DNA of 64,000 bases, from assembly GCF_009914755.1 (NCBI RefSeq), contig NC_060929.1. One strand, written 5' to 3'. Position numbers and translations under genes: made by a program. The DNA is from the human T2T-CHM13v2.0 reference genome, Homo sapiens. Below the pieces are notes generated by a model. It did no database searches, was not told the origin of the DNA, and worked only from the letters and a program-made list of their open reading frames with translations. Each line of letters starts with the position of its first letter. The first letter of the stretch is position 1. Positions 1-12,643 of the stretch are shown in pieces.

Positions 1-385
1 ACACAGAAGGTAGTAAAGGAGGAAAAAGACAAACAGTAGATGGGAAAAATGGAAAATAAATATGACAGACAAAGATAACTATATCAATAATTATATTAAA
101 TGTAAGCAGTTGAAACACTGAAATTAAAGGAAAAAATAGTCGAATTAAAAAGTAAGACTCAATGATATGCTACTTGCAAAAAAATTAAATCAAATTTTCC
201 ATGAAAATCCACAGGGAAAAGTATACCATGATAATGCAAACGAAAATATAGCTGGAGTGGCTGTATTTATTTCAGCCAAAGTAATTTCAGAGATGATAAT
301 AGTACTTCTATTCTCTGAATAAAGATAATACAATTCTATCCAGGAATAAAGAAGACTAATTCTTAGTGATTGTGGAATCAATTCA
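1..385 (+). mobile_element. Ancient L1 (L1M-type) fragment, inter-ORF and ORF2 endonuclease start
   Basis: A-rich, with degenerate ORF2 5' motifs (atatcaataattatattaaatgtaa, atatgctacttgcaa, gctggagtggctgtatttatttcag). Confidence 0.7.
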
Positions 386-792
386 TCACATGGACATAAT
401 GATTTTCATCATTTGTGGTCATTTTAAGCCTCAAACGTTGATCCCCTGTTGTCAACCTTTGGTCAGAGTTTAGAGTCGCCACCCCCACCCGCCACCCAGC
501 AGGTGCACTTGTGTGGGTGTAAAATTTGGAAAGTAGAGAAAGGGGACTAGTGACCTCAGCATTCAATTAACATATTTTAAAATAATTCCCCTGTTTCTAG
601 AAAGTTGTTCTTCCCTCAAATATCTCTGAGCTTCCAAAGACCCTCTGTTTTGCCTTTTCAAGAGCATGAACCTCCATCATTCTGCTGTGATTGAGAAGGA
701 CAGCTTCTCAATGTGCAGATGTGAAGAAGGGGACCCAGGGATCTATTTGCTTTTTAAATATAACTTAATTTGTGTCTCTTATTTGAGTCCTG

Positions 793-1141
793 GTATCAGT
801 TAGTGTTTAACTAGGGGAGCAGTACCACTATGAGTAATGGGATGAGGGATTCATTATAGAAATCAGATTGGCACAATTAGGGGAGAAGCTGGAGAAATGA
901 AGGTCTAAAGGGAAACAAGAACATAGGAGGAGATTCCCATCAGTCAACCTGAGCAGCCAAGCACATCTGCTGCTGAGGCTAGGCTGCTCGGGGGCTGGTG
1001 GAGAAGTTCACACCAGAACTCTGCGATTCCCCAGAAAAGCAGAGCAGCGCCTGACACCCAGGCATGCCCTGGCATTATCAGGCAGATCTTGGTGTTTTTA
1101 TGAGCTGGTGTGGCACTCATGGCTGTGCCTCGGTGCTTTCC
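793..1141 (-). mobile_element. Probable old ERVL-class LTR fragment (may resume after 1653)
   Basis: tatcagttag...gattcattatagaaatcagattggcacaatt resembles the reverse end of MLT2/ERVL-type LTRs; family not resolved. Confidence 0.35.
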
Positions 1142-1653
1142 TGTTGAACATAAATGATTTCACAGAACATTAATATGAGACAAGATCACTCTGTGACTAT
1201 GATAGATCAAGACACAACAACAACGAAGATAGCAAACAGACCATTCCAGAATCATGCCTAAATAGAGACAAAACATGCATATCATCCGAGCTGCAAAATA
1301 CAAAAATCTCTCTTCCTCAGGTAATATGAGTGGCTGCTTTTTTTATTATTATTAATTACTGCTTTAGCATCTAGAATGCCCTCCCATAGGTAAGATTTAT
1401 TGAGGTACCAATCATAGAATGACCTTCCCTTCTTGACTGCAGCCAACAGAGACCAATTCCCTATTTCACTAAATCCTTTCAAAACCACCAAGCAAAGCTC
1501 ACATCCTATAATAGGTTCTTTCTGACACCCTTTACTGGGACACCTGGCAATTCTCCATGGTGTGTGTGTACTCCCTCACGGTGACAAATGAGAAACCCAA
1601 CTTACTTAAGTGCAGGTGAGCTCTTGGAGGCCTTTGGCTGCAGGGCACCGACA
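1142..1653 (+). mobile_element. ERV1 solo LTR, MER67-like
   Basis: TG...CA termini (tgttgaacataaa...cagggcaccgaca); internal agacaagatcactctgtgac and taagatttattgag match recalled MER67 consensus. Confidence 0.75.
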
Positions 1654-1769
1654 TCTCACAGCCCAGCATGTGGTGACAGACTTGGGGCCACTGGGTTCAA
1701 TAGAGTCAACAGTCAGGAAGAAGATTTGGATGAAAACAGAAGACAGTGAGGACTAAAGGCCAGGAGAAA

Positions 1770-1937
1770 AGAAATGGAAGTATACTGTTGTGAGGATTTT
1801 GTACTATATGAAGGGGCAATATATCACTTGAAGGGTGCCTGTGATATATACTACTATATATCCTGAAGCAACTACTAAAATAAGCAAACAAAGAAGGTAG
1901 TAAGAAAGGAAAAAGACAAATAGTCAATGGGAGAAAT
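1770..1937 (+). mobile_element. Ancient L1M inter-ORF fragment
   Basis: gaaatggaagtatactgttgtgagg...gcaactactaaaa; last 50 bp are 84% identical to positions 1-50. Confidence 0.55.
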
Positions 1938-2074
1938 CACCTGGCAGCTCTGCACCTTACCTGCTTCCTCCTCTGAAATCTTTGGTTGCCACCTAGCTTT
2001 TGCCTCCTTAGGTCTCAGGAAAGGATCTCTGTTGGTTCCTCTTATGCAGAGCCATTGGGGAAAGTCGAATGGGC

Positions 2075-2174
2075 ATTCCTGCCTTGTTTGAAGAATCCTC
2101 TGTATTCTCACTGCAAGGTCAAAAATTCCTGGCTTGTTTGAAGAATCCTCTGTATTCTCACTGCAAGGTCAAGA
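2075..2174. repeat. Tandem duplication, 2 x 50 bp
   Basis: attcctg(c/g)cttgtttgaagaatcctctgtattctcactgcaaggtcaa at 2075 and 2125; 2 mismatches. Confidence 0.95.
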
Positions 2175-2179
2175 TTTGG

Positions 2180-2381
2180 TCTTCTCAGGTTTTAAAGCCA
2201 GCTATCACATAATCAATTTCTTCTTCTGCTCCCATGTTTTTGTTTGTTGGTTTTTGTCTCTCATTTTCCCTATTCTTGTGTGTCTTATTTTATTAAAATA
2301 TCTGCACTGGAGGTTTCAGTGGGGTGCTGGGATAGAGTGAAATCTGATGCATTGTTAATTGAAAATCGCTGCTCAGAAGTC
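2180..2381 (-). mobile_element. Probable ancient L1M 5' end
   Basis: ttccctattcttgtg...tttcagtggggt...agaagtc resembles the reverse 5' terminus of old L1s. Confidence 0.4.
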
Positions 2382-2746
2382 AGGCCTTTTGTTTACCATT
2401 ACACAGGTGCAGAGAAGGCTGGGTGCTTCCCAGGGGCTTGTGCCGTCTGTCCAGAGTGAAGAGCACCCCTAGTGGTCCAGCCAGGGACTGCATCCACCAG
2501 CCCTCTCATCCAAGTGTGGCCATTGGATCTTGCCCATATTATGTGGAAAGAAGTGAGTTGTGTTGCTTTTGGGAAGGCATATTTTAAAAAACGACTTTTT
2601 TGTTTGTTTGTTCCTTTAATCGACAAATGTTAAGATTGTTGTCTTTGCTTTGGAATCAGCACAAACGTATAAAGTTAATTAGCACACATTCTGAACAGGG
2701 AACTGTGTCATATCAAGTAATAAACAGTAAACCTAATCATCAAAGT

Positions 2747-2900
2747 CAGGAGGAAAGAAACTTTTTTTGTGAAAGATAGAAGTAAATATTTTCAGCCTTT
2801 CAGGCCATGTGGATCTCTGTTGCATAGTATTTGTTTTTATAAAGAATGATTTAAAATGTAAAAAATCATTCTTAGCTCACAAACTGTACACTTACAGAAC
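2747..2900. mobile_element. MER58-like hAT-Charlie DNA transposon remnant
   Basis: aaactttttttgtgaaagatagaagtaaatattttcagcctttcaggccat and aaaatgtaaaaaatcattcttagctc. Confidence 0.65.
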
Positions 2901-5009
2901 CTTTACAGGATATAACTTGTGGGCCCAGGTTTAGTAGTCTGGGCTCTGAGAGACTGGGAGGATGTAAGAAATGAATCTTATACTAATAAGTAAGACCCTT
3001 CAGGAACCATGAATGGACACATCCCACTTTAAGGCTGTGAGATCCTTGAAGGCAAGAATCATATTTTATGCTTTCCTCCTTACAATTATTTTATCTCATA
3101 TGGGGCTTTTAATTTCATTAAATTTTCACTCTCACATTGGTCTGTACAAGCCTCTACATTAGATGCTCTAGACTTAAGAATAAAATAGATGATCCCCAAT
3201 ACAATTGAGTTAAATGAAATAAAATATATCTAATTCAAATTATACTGCAAACGTTGAAATGATAATTATGGAATAGAATACTAAGCATTTTGTAATATAT
3301 AAAATTACATAATATATACAATTGAGCCTCTATTGAGGTTCAATAGGGGTTCTATTATGTTGGAACCTCATTGTGATTCAGTGGTAGCCATTGCTACCAT
3401 TGAAAATCTGTGTCACTCTTAGTTTTTAATATTTAAATGTGGAAGCCTAAATGAAAGGAAAGAATGATGCTTATTTTTCCTTTATCCTGAAACATGTGGA
3501 AACATAATAAGAATATTATTAAAATTTTATATAATTAATTTATTTAAATCAAGACAAAAATAATATAAATTTTGTCTGATGAGATATGGTGATCTCCCCT
3601 AGGGATTTGATAAAATCAGGTATTTTTATCTTCTCAAGATCATTTTAAGAAATGTCCCTACATCAAATTATTCTGCACTTAAAAATTCCTTCACATGTAT
3701 CAGAGATTGGGCAAGTCTGGATTCCAAGAGAAAGTTGAGAGCTAAGCAAGATTCAGTAAGAGCCATATTTTTTTTTCCCTTGAGCTATGATTAAGTTCTT
3801 TGCATCTGTTGTGTGAATATCCTTGTCAGACTGAACAGATTGGAATTCCATCCTATAAGCAAAACCAAAAGCATCTGGCTTTTGCTGAAAAGTGCAACAC
3901 AGAAAGCCATCTTGAAAATACAACCAGTCGTCATGCCAGCATCCTGCAGTTAGTTTAGCAGCTGGGGACCCAAAGAACTCATGTGGATTTGTGACACCAT
4001 AATAGATTTTGAGTCTATGGAATTAATGAATGAATTCCTAGTAGATGTGTTGCCAAACTAAGAGATTGACATTATTTTTCTATTTTAATCTATGCACCAC
4101 ATGCCTGGTTTCCTGAGTTTAGGCTCTGGCAGTAGCTATCTTTGAATTGCTACTGCTTCACATAAGGAACTTACCTTTCTATGGCAATACTTCTACTACA
4201 TTGAATCCAAATTTTCACTGGAATAAATACAATTAGATAGGTCCACAGTGAAGAAAAAATATGATTATAGCAAAGAAACCCAGTATAATGAAGTCCACAG
4301 CAGCTTTGTGACTTACCCGTTGCTCGGGGTTCTTAACGGTAACAGAGTAAGTTCAGAGCACACATTGCCCAGCTCTGAGAAGGAAGATCTGCACGTGGAT
4401 CCAGGCTTTTATGTCTCTACTATGTCCATCATGTTTATCTTTTGCTCTGGACATTTTCTTTGTAACTTCTTTAGTTGACTCTCATAGGACATGATTTTCA
4501 TGAATGTGCAGTGGTGGAAGAGAATTTTCTTTACTCTGCGGGGGCATCTGAGATTATTATCATATGTGGAAGGAAACAGCCTGCATTCAGAACAGACTTG
4601 AACAATCCTGACAGCTTCTATTAGAAACATATTGACTATAGACAAACAAATGATTATTTTTACAAAGAAATTTTGCTTACTTAGGTCTCTGATATCATGG
4701 TGAAATCACAAGTCTAATTAGCACTAATCATTAGGATGATTCCACAAATGCAGTTCCACCATCTTGGAGGTCCTCTCTACTAAGAAAACGCATGTTAAAA
4801 CATTACATTTCAAGTGACAATAGATATCTATTTTTGAAGGATAAAGAAAAGTATTATAAAAATATTGATCATCACTCTTTTAAGCCTGACTGATTAAAAT
4901 ATAATTTAAATATTTTTATTTTAAGTGGAAAATGTGGCTTACAAGTACACAGATATGTTTAAATATATTAAGTGCTGAAGTTCAAATAAATAAATCAAAA
5001 GAGAATAGC

Positions 5010-5340
5010 TAAAATTCATCATCTTCTCTATTAAACCGGACATTCTTTCTGACTTCCTTAGTGTATAAATAATGCACACGTTTCTCAGGGATTCAGCTCC
5101 AGATTCTAGCCTCAGTCATCTTTTCGCCCATCTCCATCCTATTGTATGCACTTTTGATAATTCTTGCTTTCCTTCTATTTCTCTTGCTAGATTATTATCG
5201 TCTCTCTCTATTACCAAGGTCCCTAGAGCAATCTTTACTCTCCACGTCTATGCAATCTAAGTTCACACAACATGCTGCCATAGAGGAACTTCTCCATGCA
5301 CCATGCTGATAAGGTCCATATCTTGCTCAGACACCTTCCA
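5010..5340 (+). mobile_element. L2 fragment
   Basis: Pyrimidine-rich degenerate L2 3'-region phrases (aaattcatcatcttctc, catgctgccatagaggaacttct, ttgctcagacaccttcca). Confidence 0.5.
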
Positions 5341-5671
5341 TTTAACCTTTAAGCATTTTTGGTAATTTGTTTAATTAAAAGGCACCATCCTTCTCAGGCG
5401 GAATAGATGGGTCACACAAGTTGCTTTCTATTTTCATTGCCCCCTCCTGGGAAGCCTGGGAGTGCCTAACTTGTCCTTAAACTTTTAAGAAAGTCTTTTC
5501 ATAGAGATCCCCACACTTACCATTGACTCATCTCTTCCTACAGCCACCACTCAGTCAAAGTCGCTATATCTTGGAAAGAGGCTAAAGATATCAACTGGAT
5601 ACCTCTGCAGGGTGATACTGTCCCAAGGGAATTGAAATTTAAAAAAAATTACTTTTTTACATAAAAAGCAC

Positions 5672-5810
5672 AGATATATATATATATGTATATCTGTTTA
5701 TATGTATATATGCATATATAGATACATATGTGTGTATATAAGTATATTATATATAATATACACACTCATATAGATACATATACCCCTATATATACATATA
5801 CACACACAAA
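5672..5810. repeat. (TA)n/(CA)n low-complexity microsatellite
   Basis: Alternating TA/TG/CA dinucleotides seen directly. Confidence 0.9.
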
Positions 5811-6279
5811 TGCAGAGTATATATCTGAATTTGTATGTAGATAGGAGTGATCTGAGAAGAAGTGTCTAAAATATCTCATTAGTGGGGTGATAATGACGGA
5901 AAGGTTGAGGAGCATTGCCATTGCGCTATCTAAATCCAATGAGGTTAACAAGCTCGGGTTTCCCTAACAAGCTGCAGTGAGCATGTGGCCTCATGGCCAG
6001 CAAGACCTTCTTGGAGCAGAGAGGTTTGTTTCCAGCTTTTAGGAGTTGGCCTCTGACAGTAGAAAAATGCTTATACTGTATCACTACACTATATGTCAAA
6101 ATGACTGAAAGATTGCTTTTTTAATTGGCAAACAGGTAGTAAGATTGAAATTCAATAATCCCATCAAAATAAGCAGTAATGGCCCAGTGTTCTGTCCAAG
6201 TTCTTCCTTCCCTTAGAAAGAAATATTATTTAATGAATAATTAATGAAATAATAAAGAAATAGTTAACTAATATTAATG

Positions 6280-6515
6280 ATAGTTACTGTTTGAACATCA
6301 ATTATGGATCTGTCATGAGGCTGAAATTCCTAATTCTATTTTTTCTTTTTCTTTTAAGCTCTGAAACAGCATTATAAATGTGTATTTTTATCACCATTTT
6401 ACAGGGGAAGAAACTAAAACTTGAAAAGCTCAAATGATTTATTGACGGTCAAAGAGTTCATTCTGAAAGTTAAGATTCAAACCTGGGTCTCTTTAATCCA
6501 AAATCCTATAATCTT
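6280..6515 (-). mobile_element. MIR
   Basis: Core ccattttacaggggaagaaactaa and gattcaaacctgggtct. Confidence 0.75.
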
Positions 6516-6516
6516 A

Positions 6517-6819
<303 letters not shown>

Positions 6820-8799
6820 CTACCAGTAGAATCCAGGAAGTGATGTTCCATGTTAAGGGCAATTTCATCTCCAGGGAACTGGAATTGGGAACCAGAAGAT
6901 AAGAGGCACAGAGCAGAAACTTCAAAGCAGGGGTGCGAGGCTGGGGGAGGTGTTCCCTACTGAGTCTCTAGAATTATGGGTAAGAAGCTTCATTTCCACT
7001 TGGCCTATAGCTGAATTCTAGTTCTAAGGACAAGCCAGGATTTGTTTTCAGGGACTAGAATGTCTGCAAACTATCCAGCTGTATCTGTTTTTACTGTCAA
7101 GCATTTATGTTGACTCAACAATGTTTAACAGATAGACTCACCAAGTAAATGCTGCTTTTCAGCTTCCTGTTAGCTCAGCTGGCACTAAAAACCACAGCAC
7201 TTCTGAGCCAGTACTGCGCAAGCTCTGCAGTGCTCAGGGTGAGTTCCTCACCCAAACGCATCCGAAGGTGGCCCAGAAGGGCTTGGCTGAGTGGCTGCAG
7301 GTGGCTGGGAGCTTAGGGAAACCTATAAACATGGGAGATTACATCAAGAATTACATCCCTCAGAGAAGTGCTGCTGAGAGGGGAACCCTGGCTGTTGATG
7401 TGAGTTCTCTGGAACATAGCAGGCAAAGTCCCTACATAGCCTGGAAAGCAGAATCCACAAATAGCAAAAGGGGCAGCATCACAAACGCCAAATATCTGAG
7501 GGAGGGACCCAGGCAGCTATGTGCAGCAAGATAACCACACTACAAAACTAGTCAAGTCACAAATGCCAGGCTTTCCAGGATTGAACAAGTTTGGTCAATG
7601 CCAATTGTAGAACAACATTCTACAGTGACCAAGGTTCATAGACTAGTGACCCCCCCACACAGTGACCCTGACACTTAGCCCCTCAGGGTCAAGGCACTGC
7701 TAGGGTTCCCCAGGCGTGACAGTGGTCCTGGTAAGGAGTCGATGTAAATAGCATCGGAAGTGAGAAACCTGCAGGGGAGAGGTTCTTCTCTCCATGGTTG
7801 TCTTAAAGCAGAAGCTCAAATTCCCATCTCTTCAGAAAGGCCAAGAGGACTATTTTGAAGTCTGCAATGTGGGGAACAGTGGTCTCCTATATTTTTGGAT
7901 CCCCACACAGCAAAACGTTGGGGTAACATCTTGATGACATGTTGAAAAATGCCATATGATATTTAAAAGTGTGCATCATATCTGTTCTAGCATTTGCAGT
8001 GGCGGGCAGAGAAAGAGAGAGAGAGAATATTATACGGTCTTCAAAGTTAGGTAACATTTCCAGCTATGAAATATTTAAATATTCTGATTGCAAGTATATT
8101 TAATCCATCTTTCTCTTCTGTCGCTGTCTCTGTCTTTCCTTTTTTATACTAAGTAAACTTTCTCAGCCTAGAATTTGAGCCCAGCCAGATCCTCTCTTGG
8201 GTTGGAGATGATGAGTGCTTGTCTACTCTTAGCGTCCTGCAGACCAAGACAGGCAGTGAAGCACCTGGCCGGCCTGACACTGATGGTGCATTTGCTGTGG
8301 ATCCCAGCAGGCCATGACTTTGCATCCATCAGTCCATCATGGACTGGGAGACAGTAAGAGGTGGCTGTGGGAGTGAGCCTCCAAAAAGCTATGAAAACAT
8401 TTTATTGAAAAGTCAACACATGAGATGATGTTCAGATTTTGTTTCTCAAATGTTTATATATTTTATAATCATGCAGCTAATTGTTGAAATTCTGTAGAGA
8501 CTTGTGTCAGCAGAGAAAAGATTTTCTAGTCAGCTTTCCTTTTTAAGCAAAATCTTGCACGGATTTCACTATGTAAATTGCACCCACGGAAGGCTGCCTT
8601 GGTGGAAGAAAGCAGGACTCCTGGTTTCCTGGGTTCAGGCTCAGTCTCACACTGCCCCCCCAGTGACCGCAGCACCCCAACCCCCAGGGATCAGCATGAT
8701 CAGGAGCTGGGAACAGGTGGACACATCCTGGGGCCTAGTTACAAGTGCTTGTAGTCACAGTTTGTGACGGCCCCAAAGGATTTTACATTAAAAATTCTA

Positions 8800-8920
8800 T
8801 ACAGATTAGTAGTCTTCCCAACATAGATTGGGGAATTATTTTAGAAAGGTTGAGGGGCATGCCCAAAGTCACACAGCTGAAAGAGGAGTCAATATGATCA
8901 CCCAGGTCTGTCACCATTTG
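8800..8920 (-). mobile_element. MIR fragment
   Basis: agaaaggttgaggggcatgcccaaagtcacacagct...cccaggtctg. Confidence 0.6.
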
Positions 8921-10563
8921 GTTCAAGTTGTGTTTACACCACCATTGCTTGCCATTAAACAACTGTACCATGGGCAGAGGGCCAAATTATTGCACGTTGC
9001 TCCATTGCTCAATGTGACTGTTGTGCCAGCATAGCCCTAATAAAGACGTCTGCATACAAGAAGGGGCTGTGGGAAAGTGCTCAGGGTCAGGAATCCAGAT
9101 GAAAAGAGGCCCTAAGAGTCTTTTGGATTTCCTAGGGCTTCTTACACTAGGATGTCATGATAAATGACTTTATCTTTTTATTCTGATACTGTTTTTGGTT
9201 GTGACATTTTCAGAACTTTGTTGCTCACAAAAGTTCACAAATACAACTACAAATCTCTACATAATGCTCATATAATAATTAAATTAGCTTTTCTTCTCTT
9301 TAGAATCAATGGGACACCATTTATATTTCTCTTAGTTGCTCAGAGCTATATAAAATACACATAGCTTTAAATCTAACTGTTATGCCATGGCTCTAACTGG
9401 AAATATAATTACTTTAAGGAGTCACAAAAATGGTTAATTAAAAAATAAACTTGACTGAAAGTTAAATTTGGATTTTCTTGGCAAATCAACAAAAACGAAG
9501 CTGCCATTGTTATTGTACAACAATGCTTATTTGCAAGTCTTTCTCTTCTATTTTATTGTAATTTTCTATGAGTAACATAAGCATTTCTTAGTAAATGAAT
9601 GAAGGAATTTATTAACCATGAGTAAATGATTGTATACCTTTAAATAAATTGGCTTTGAGTTTATACAGCATCCACATTAAAATAAGCTAGGGTAGTGTCC
9701 TAAAGGGTTAAGACAAAACTTCTGATAAAATAAGCTTAGTAAAATATACACACAGGAATCTGAACATGTTCTTATTCTTGAGTTCATTTTCCACTCTTTT
9801 CAGGTTAGCTTGGGGTGAATTAATTAAGTCTGCATCCTACTGGGCAAAGTCCTTTCCTCATTACTTTGTTTCTGCTCCCCTCTCTTCCTGTTGACGCTGA
9901 TGGACCACCAGGCCTAAAATAGATACTAATTATTTTCCACCTTTTACCCCTCACTGTTCAAAGTAGTGCATGATGTTTTCACTGTAAGACTCCATTAACA
10001 CAGAGCTCATTAAAGCCACAGGTAATAAATGAATGTACAAGAGCAAATATTTTGTTGAGTTAAAGATACAAATAATACAAATCACAAACAGAAAGACAAA
10101 TATCATACAGAAAATTTTACCCACTGTCTTTTTATTATGGAAGAGGAAAAACCTGATGTGTGTCATGCAGAAAGCAGTGCCTGCCCTAGTGGTTATAGGA
10201 GTTTCTGTCCATTGCTGACTTTGTATGTGAAACAGCACCATTAGTAATCTTGGGACTGTAGGTCTCATGGCCACTGTTCTACTAAAAATGAAACTAAATT
10301 TATTGAAGAAGTTTATGTGAAAAATATGTGCCAGATTCAGCAGGCAACTGTACTGATACAACTTTGTGAAAATTGGATACTTTGGAATTGTCTGCTACCC
10401 AAATTGTATCCCAAGAAAATCTCCTGCCTCTACACATTGAGAAGTTTAGAACTATTATGCTGTAGTTCCCAACCACATAAATGCTCCACATCCTACAAAA
10501 GGGAGAAAACAAGAAAAATCAAAGCAAGCTAACTACCAGCAATGTGGAAAAGTGGAGATAGTT

Positions 10564-11021
10564 TGTTAAACACCAGGTGTTCAGTCTAAGCCCTGGTGCT
10601 TGCTGCACAGAAAGCCAATGAGTATTGTCAAAGACGAAGGCTTTATTCAGGTGCTGTAGCCGAGGAGATGAGAGATGAGTCTCAAATCCATCTCCCTGAT
10701 CAACTAAAATTAGGAGTTTATATAGCAGAAATATAACTACGTACAGGAAAACAGGATGGGGGCATGATAAAGAAGAGAAGTTGGTCAACAGGAAGCAGGT
10801 GGTTGGTTAGGCAACCATGATGGGTGAGGAGCCTGGTTCCTCATTGTCCAGATGCTGAGTTTCAATTCCTTGGTATTATCTGGGAGGTCTGATGATTGGA
10901 TTCCTGAGAAGGGAAGTCAGATAAAACAACTATAACTTTCTCAAGTTTTAAGACTGTGAGTGTCAATTTCTACGTTCATTCAAAAGAAACCACAAACATG
11001 AGTTCTGTGGGTCCAGTTTCA
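10564..11021 (-). mobile_element. ERV1 solo LTR, LTR26-like
   Basis: TG...CA termini; perfect 4-bp TSD AGTT (10560-10563, 11022-11025); minus-strand AATAAA; matches recalled consensus. Confidence 0.8.
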
Positions 11022-11159
11022 AGTTGACTGGCTTGTAACAAAGTATACTTCATGATCTGAGAATACAACAAAACTAACTTCTCTACACGGTATTAACATG
11101 CAGATTGTAAATTTATTAGTAAATGTCCTATGTAATCAGTAATAATCTATCATTACCAT

Positions 11160-11380
11160 TGTCATAGAATTTACTAAGCAATTTTGGATTTACACTCAAT
11201 CTCTATATAACATTCCTACAGGGTAAAAAGGAAAACAACTATTTTATTCCTTTTATAGATGAAGAAACCAAGGCTCAGAGACCTTCAATGATTCCATAAA
11301 GTCACTGTTCATAAATGATAAAACTCATACCAGAACTCAGGTCTCCTGACTTTTACTCAATGTTTCTCCTCATATGTGGC
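11160..11380 (-). mobile_element. MIR
   Basis: ttttatagatgaagaaaccaaggctcagaga...gaactcaggtctcctgact. Confidence 0.8.
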
Positions 11381-11416
11381 ACTAAAAATGTGTCAATGCA
11401 TAATGCAGTAAATGAA

Positions 11417-11800
11417 GTGATTAATTTTATGGGTCAACTTGAATGGGCCACATAGTACCCAGATATTTTGCCAAACATTATTATAGGTGTTGTTGTGAAG
11501 GTGTTTTATGGATAAAAATAATGTTTAAATTGGTAGAATAGTGAAGCAGATTGCCCTACATAATGTGGATGAGCCTCATTCAACCAATAGAAGGACTGAA
11601 TACAAAATTCCACCTCCTGACAACCTTCAAACCGGGACTTGAACTGGGACACTGCAGATTTGGAAATTTCCAGCCACCAAAATTGTGTGAACTAATTCCT
11701 TATACTAAATCTCTTTTTATATATTTACCTATGTGTGTGTGTGTATATATATATATATGAATGTGTATATATGTGTATAGGTATATATGTTTACCTATAG
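11417..11800 (+). mobile_element. MLT2 (ERVL) LTR ending in a TG/TA microsatellite
   Basis: ttaattttatgggtcaacttgaatgggccac...cccagatattttgccaaacattatt...agcagattgccct. Confidence 0.85.
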
Positions 11801-12074
11801 GTCACCCCCACAGGAGAGCAGCTCCTCTAGACCAGTGTCGGTAATGTGCACGCTCCCTGAATCAGGAAGCCTGAGACATGTTCCATGAAAGAAGGGTACT
11901 GGGGCCCATATCTGTATTATACTGTAAATATGCAGTTCAAAGTTTCTGTTATATCAGTCAGGAAATAAAAAACAGACTTTTAAAATATTGATACCAAGCC
12001 AAAAAATATGGTGCTGGAAATAAAACCATAGGCCAACCTTTTGTATGTATAGGAATATAAAAATTCTAAACATA

Positions 12075-12147
12075 ATATTAGTAAACTAATGCCAGCAAGT
12101 TAAAAAATTGTAACATATTAGTAAACTAATGCCAGCAAGTTAAAAAA
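12075..12147. repeat. Tandem duplication, 40-bp period
   Basis: atattagtaaactaatgccagcaagttaaaaaa identical at 12075 and 12115. Confidence 0.95.
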
Positions 12148-12272
12148 ATAAAAAAATATATAACACCAGCATCTAAGTTGATTAAGATGTAGTATCCTAT
12201 AAAATTCCATATCAATCTTGGTGAAATCTTCACACCCTGTAAACTAAAAGAAAAGTTTCACAGAAAAGTGTA

Positions 12273-12643
12273 TGTATTAGACCATTTTCACACTGCTATG
12301 AAGAACTACCTTAGACTGGGTGATTTATGAAGAAAAGAGGTTTAATTGACTCATAGTTCCACAGGCATAACTGGAAGCATGACTGGAAGGCATCAGGAAA
12401 CATACAGTTATGGCAGAAGGCAAAGGGGAAGCGGGCACATCTTTACTATGGAAGAGCAGGAGAGAGAGAGAGCAAAGGGTGAAGTACCACACACGTTTAA
12501 ACCATCAGATCTCATGAGAACTCACTCACTATCATGAGAACAGCAAGAGAGAAATCTGCCCCCATGATCCAAACACCTCCCACCAGGCGCCTCCTCCAAT
12601 TCAACATGAGATTTGGGTGGGGACACAAATCCAAACCATATCA
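12273..12643 (-). mobile_element. MaLR solo LTR, THE1D-like
   Basis: tgtattag...ccaaaccatatca termini; TSD GTGTA/GTATA. Confidence 0.9.
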
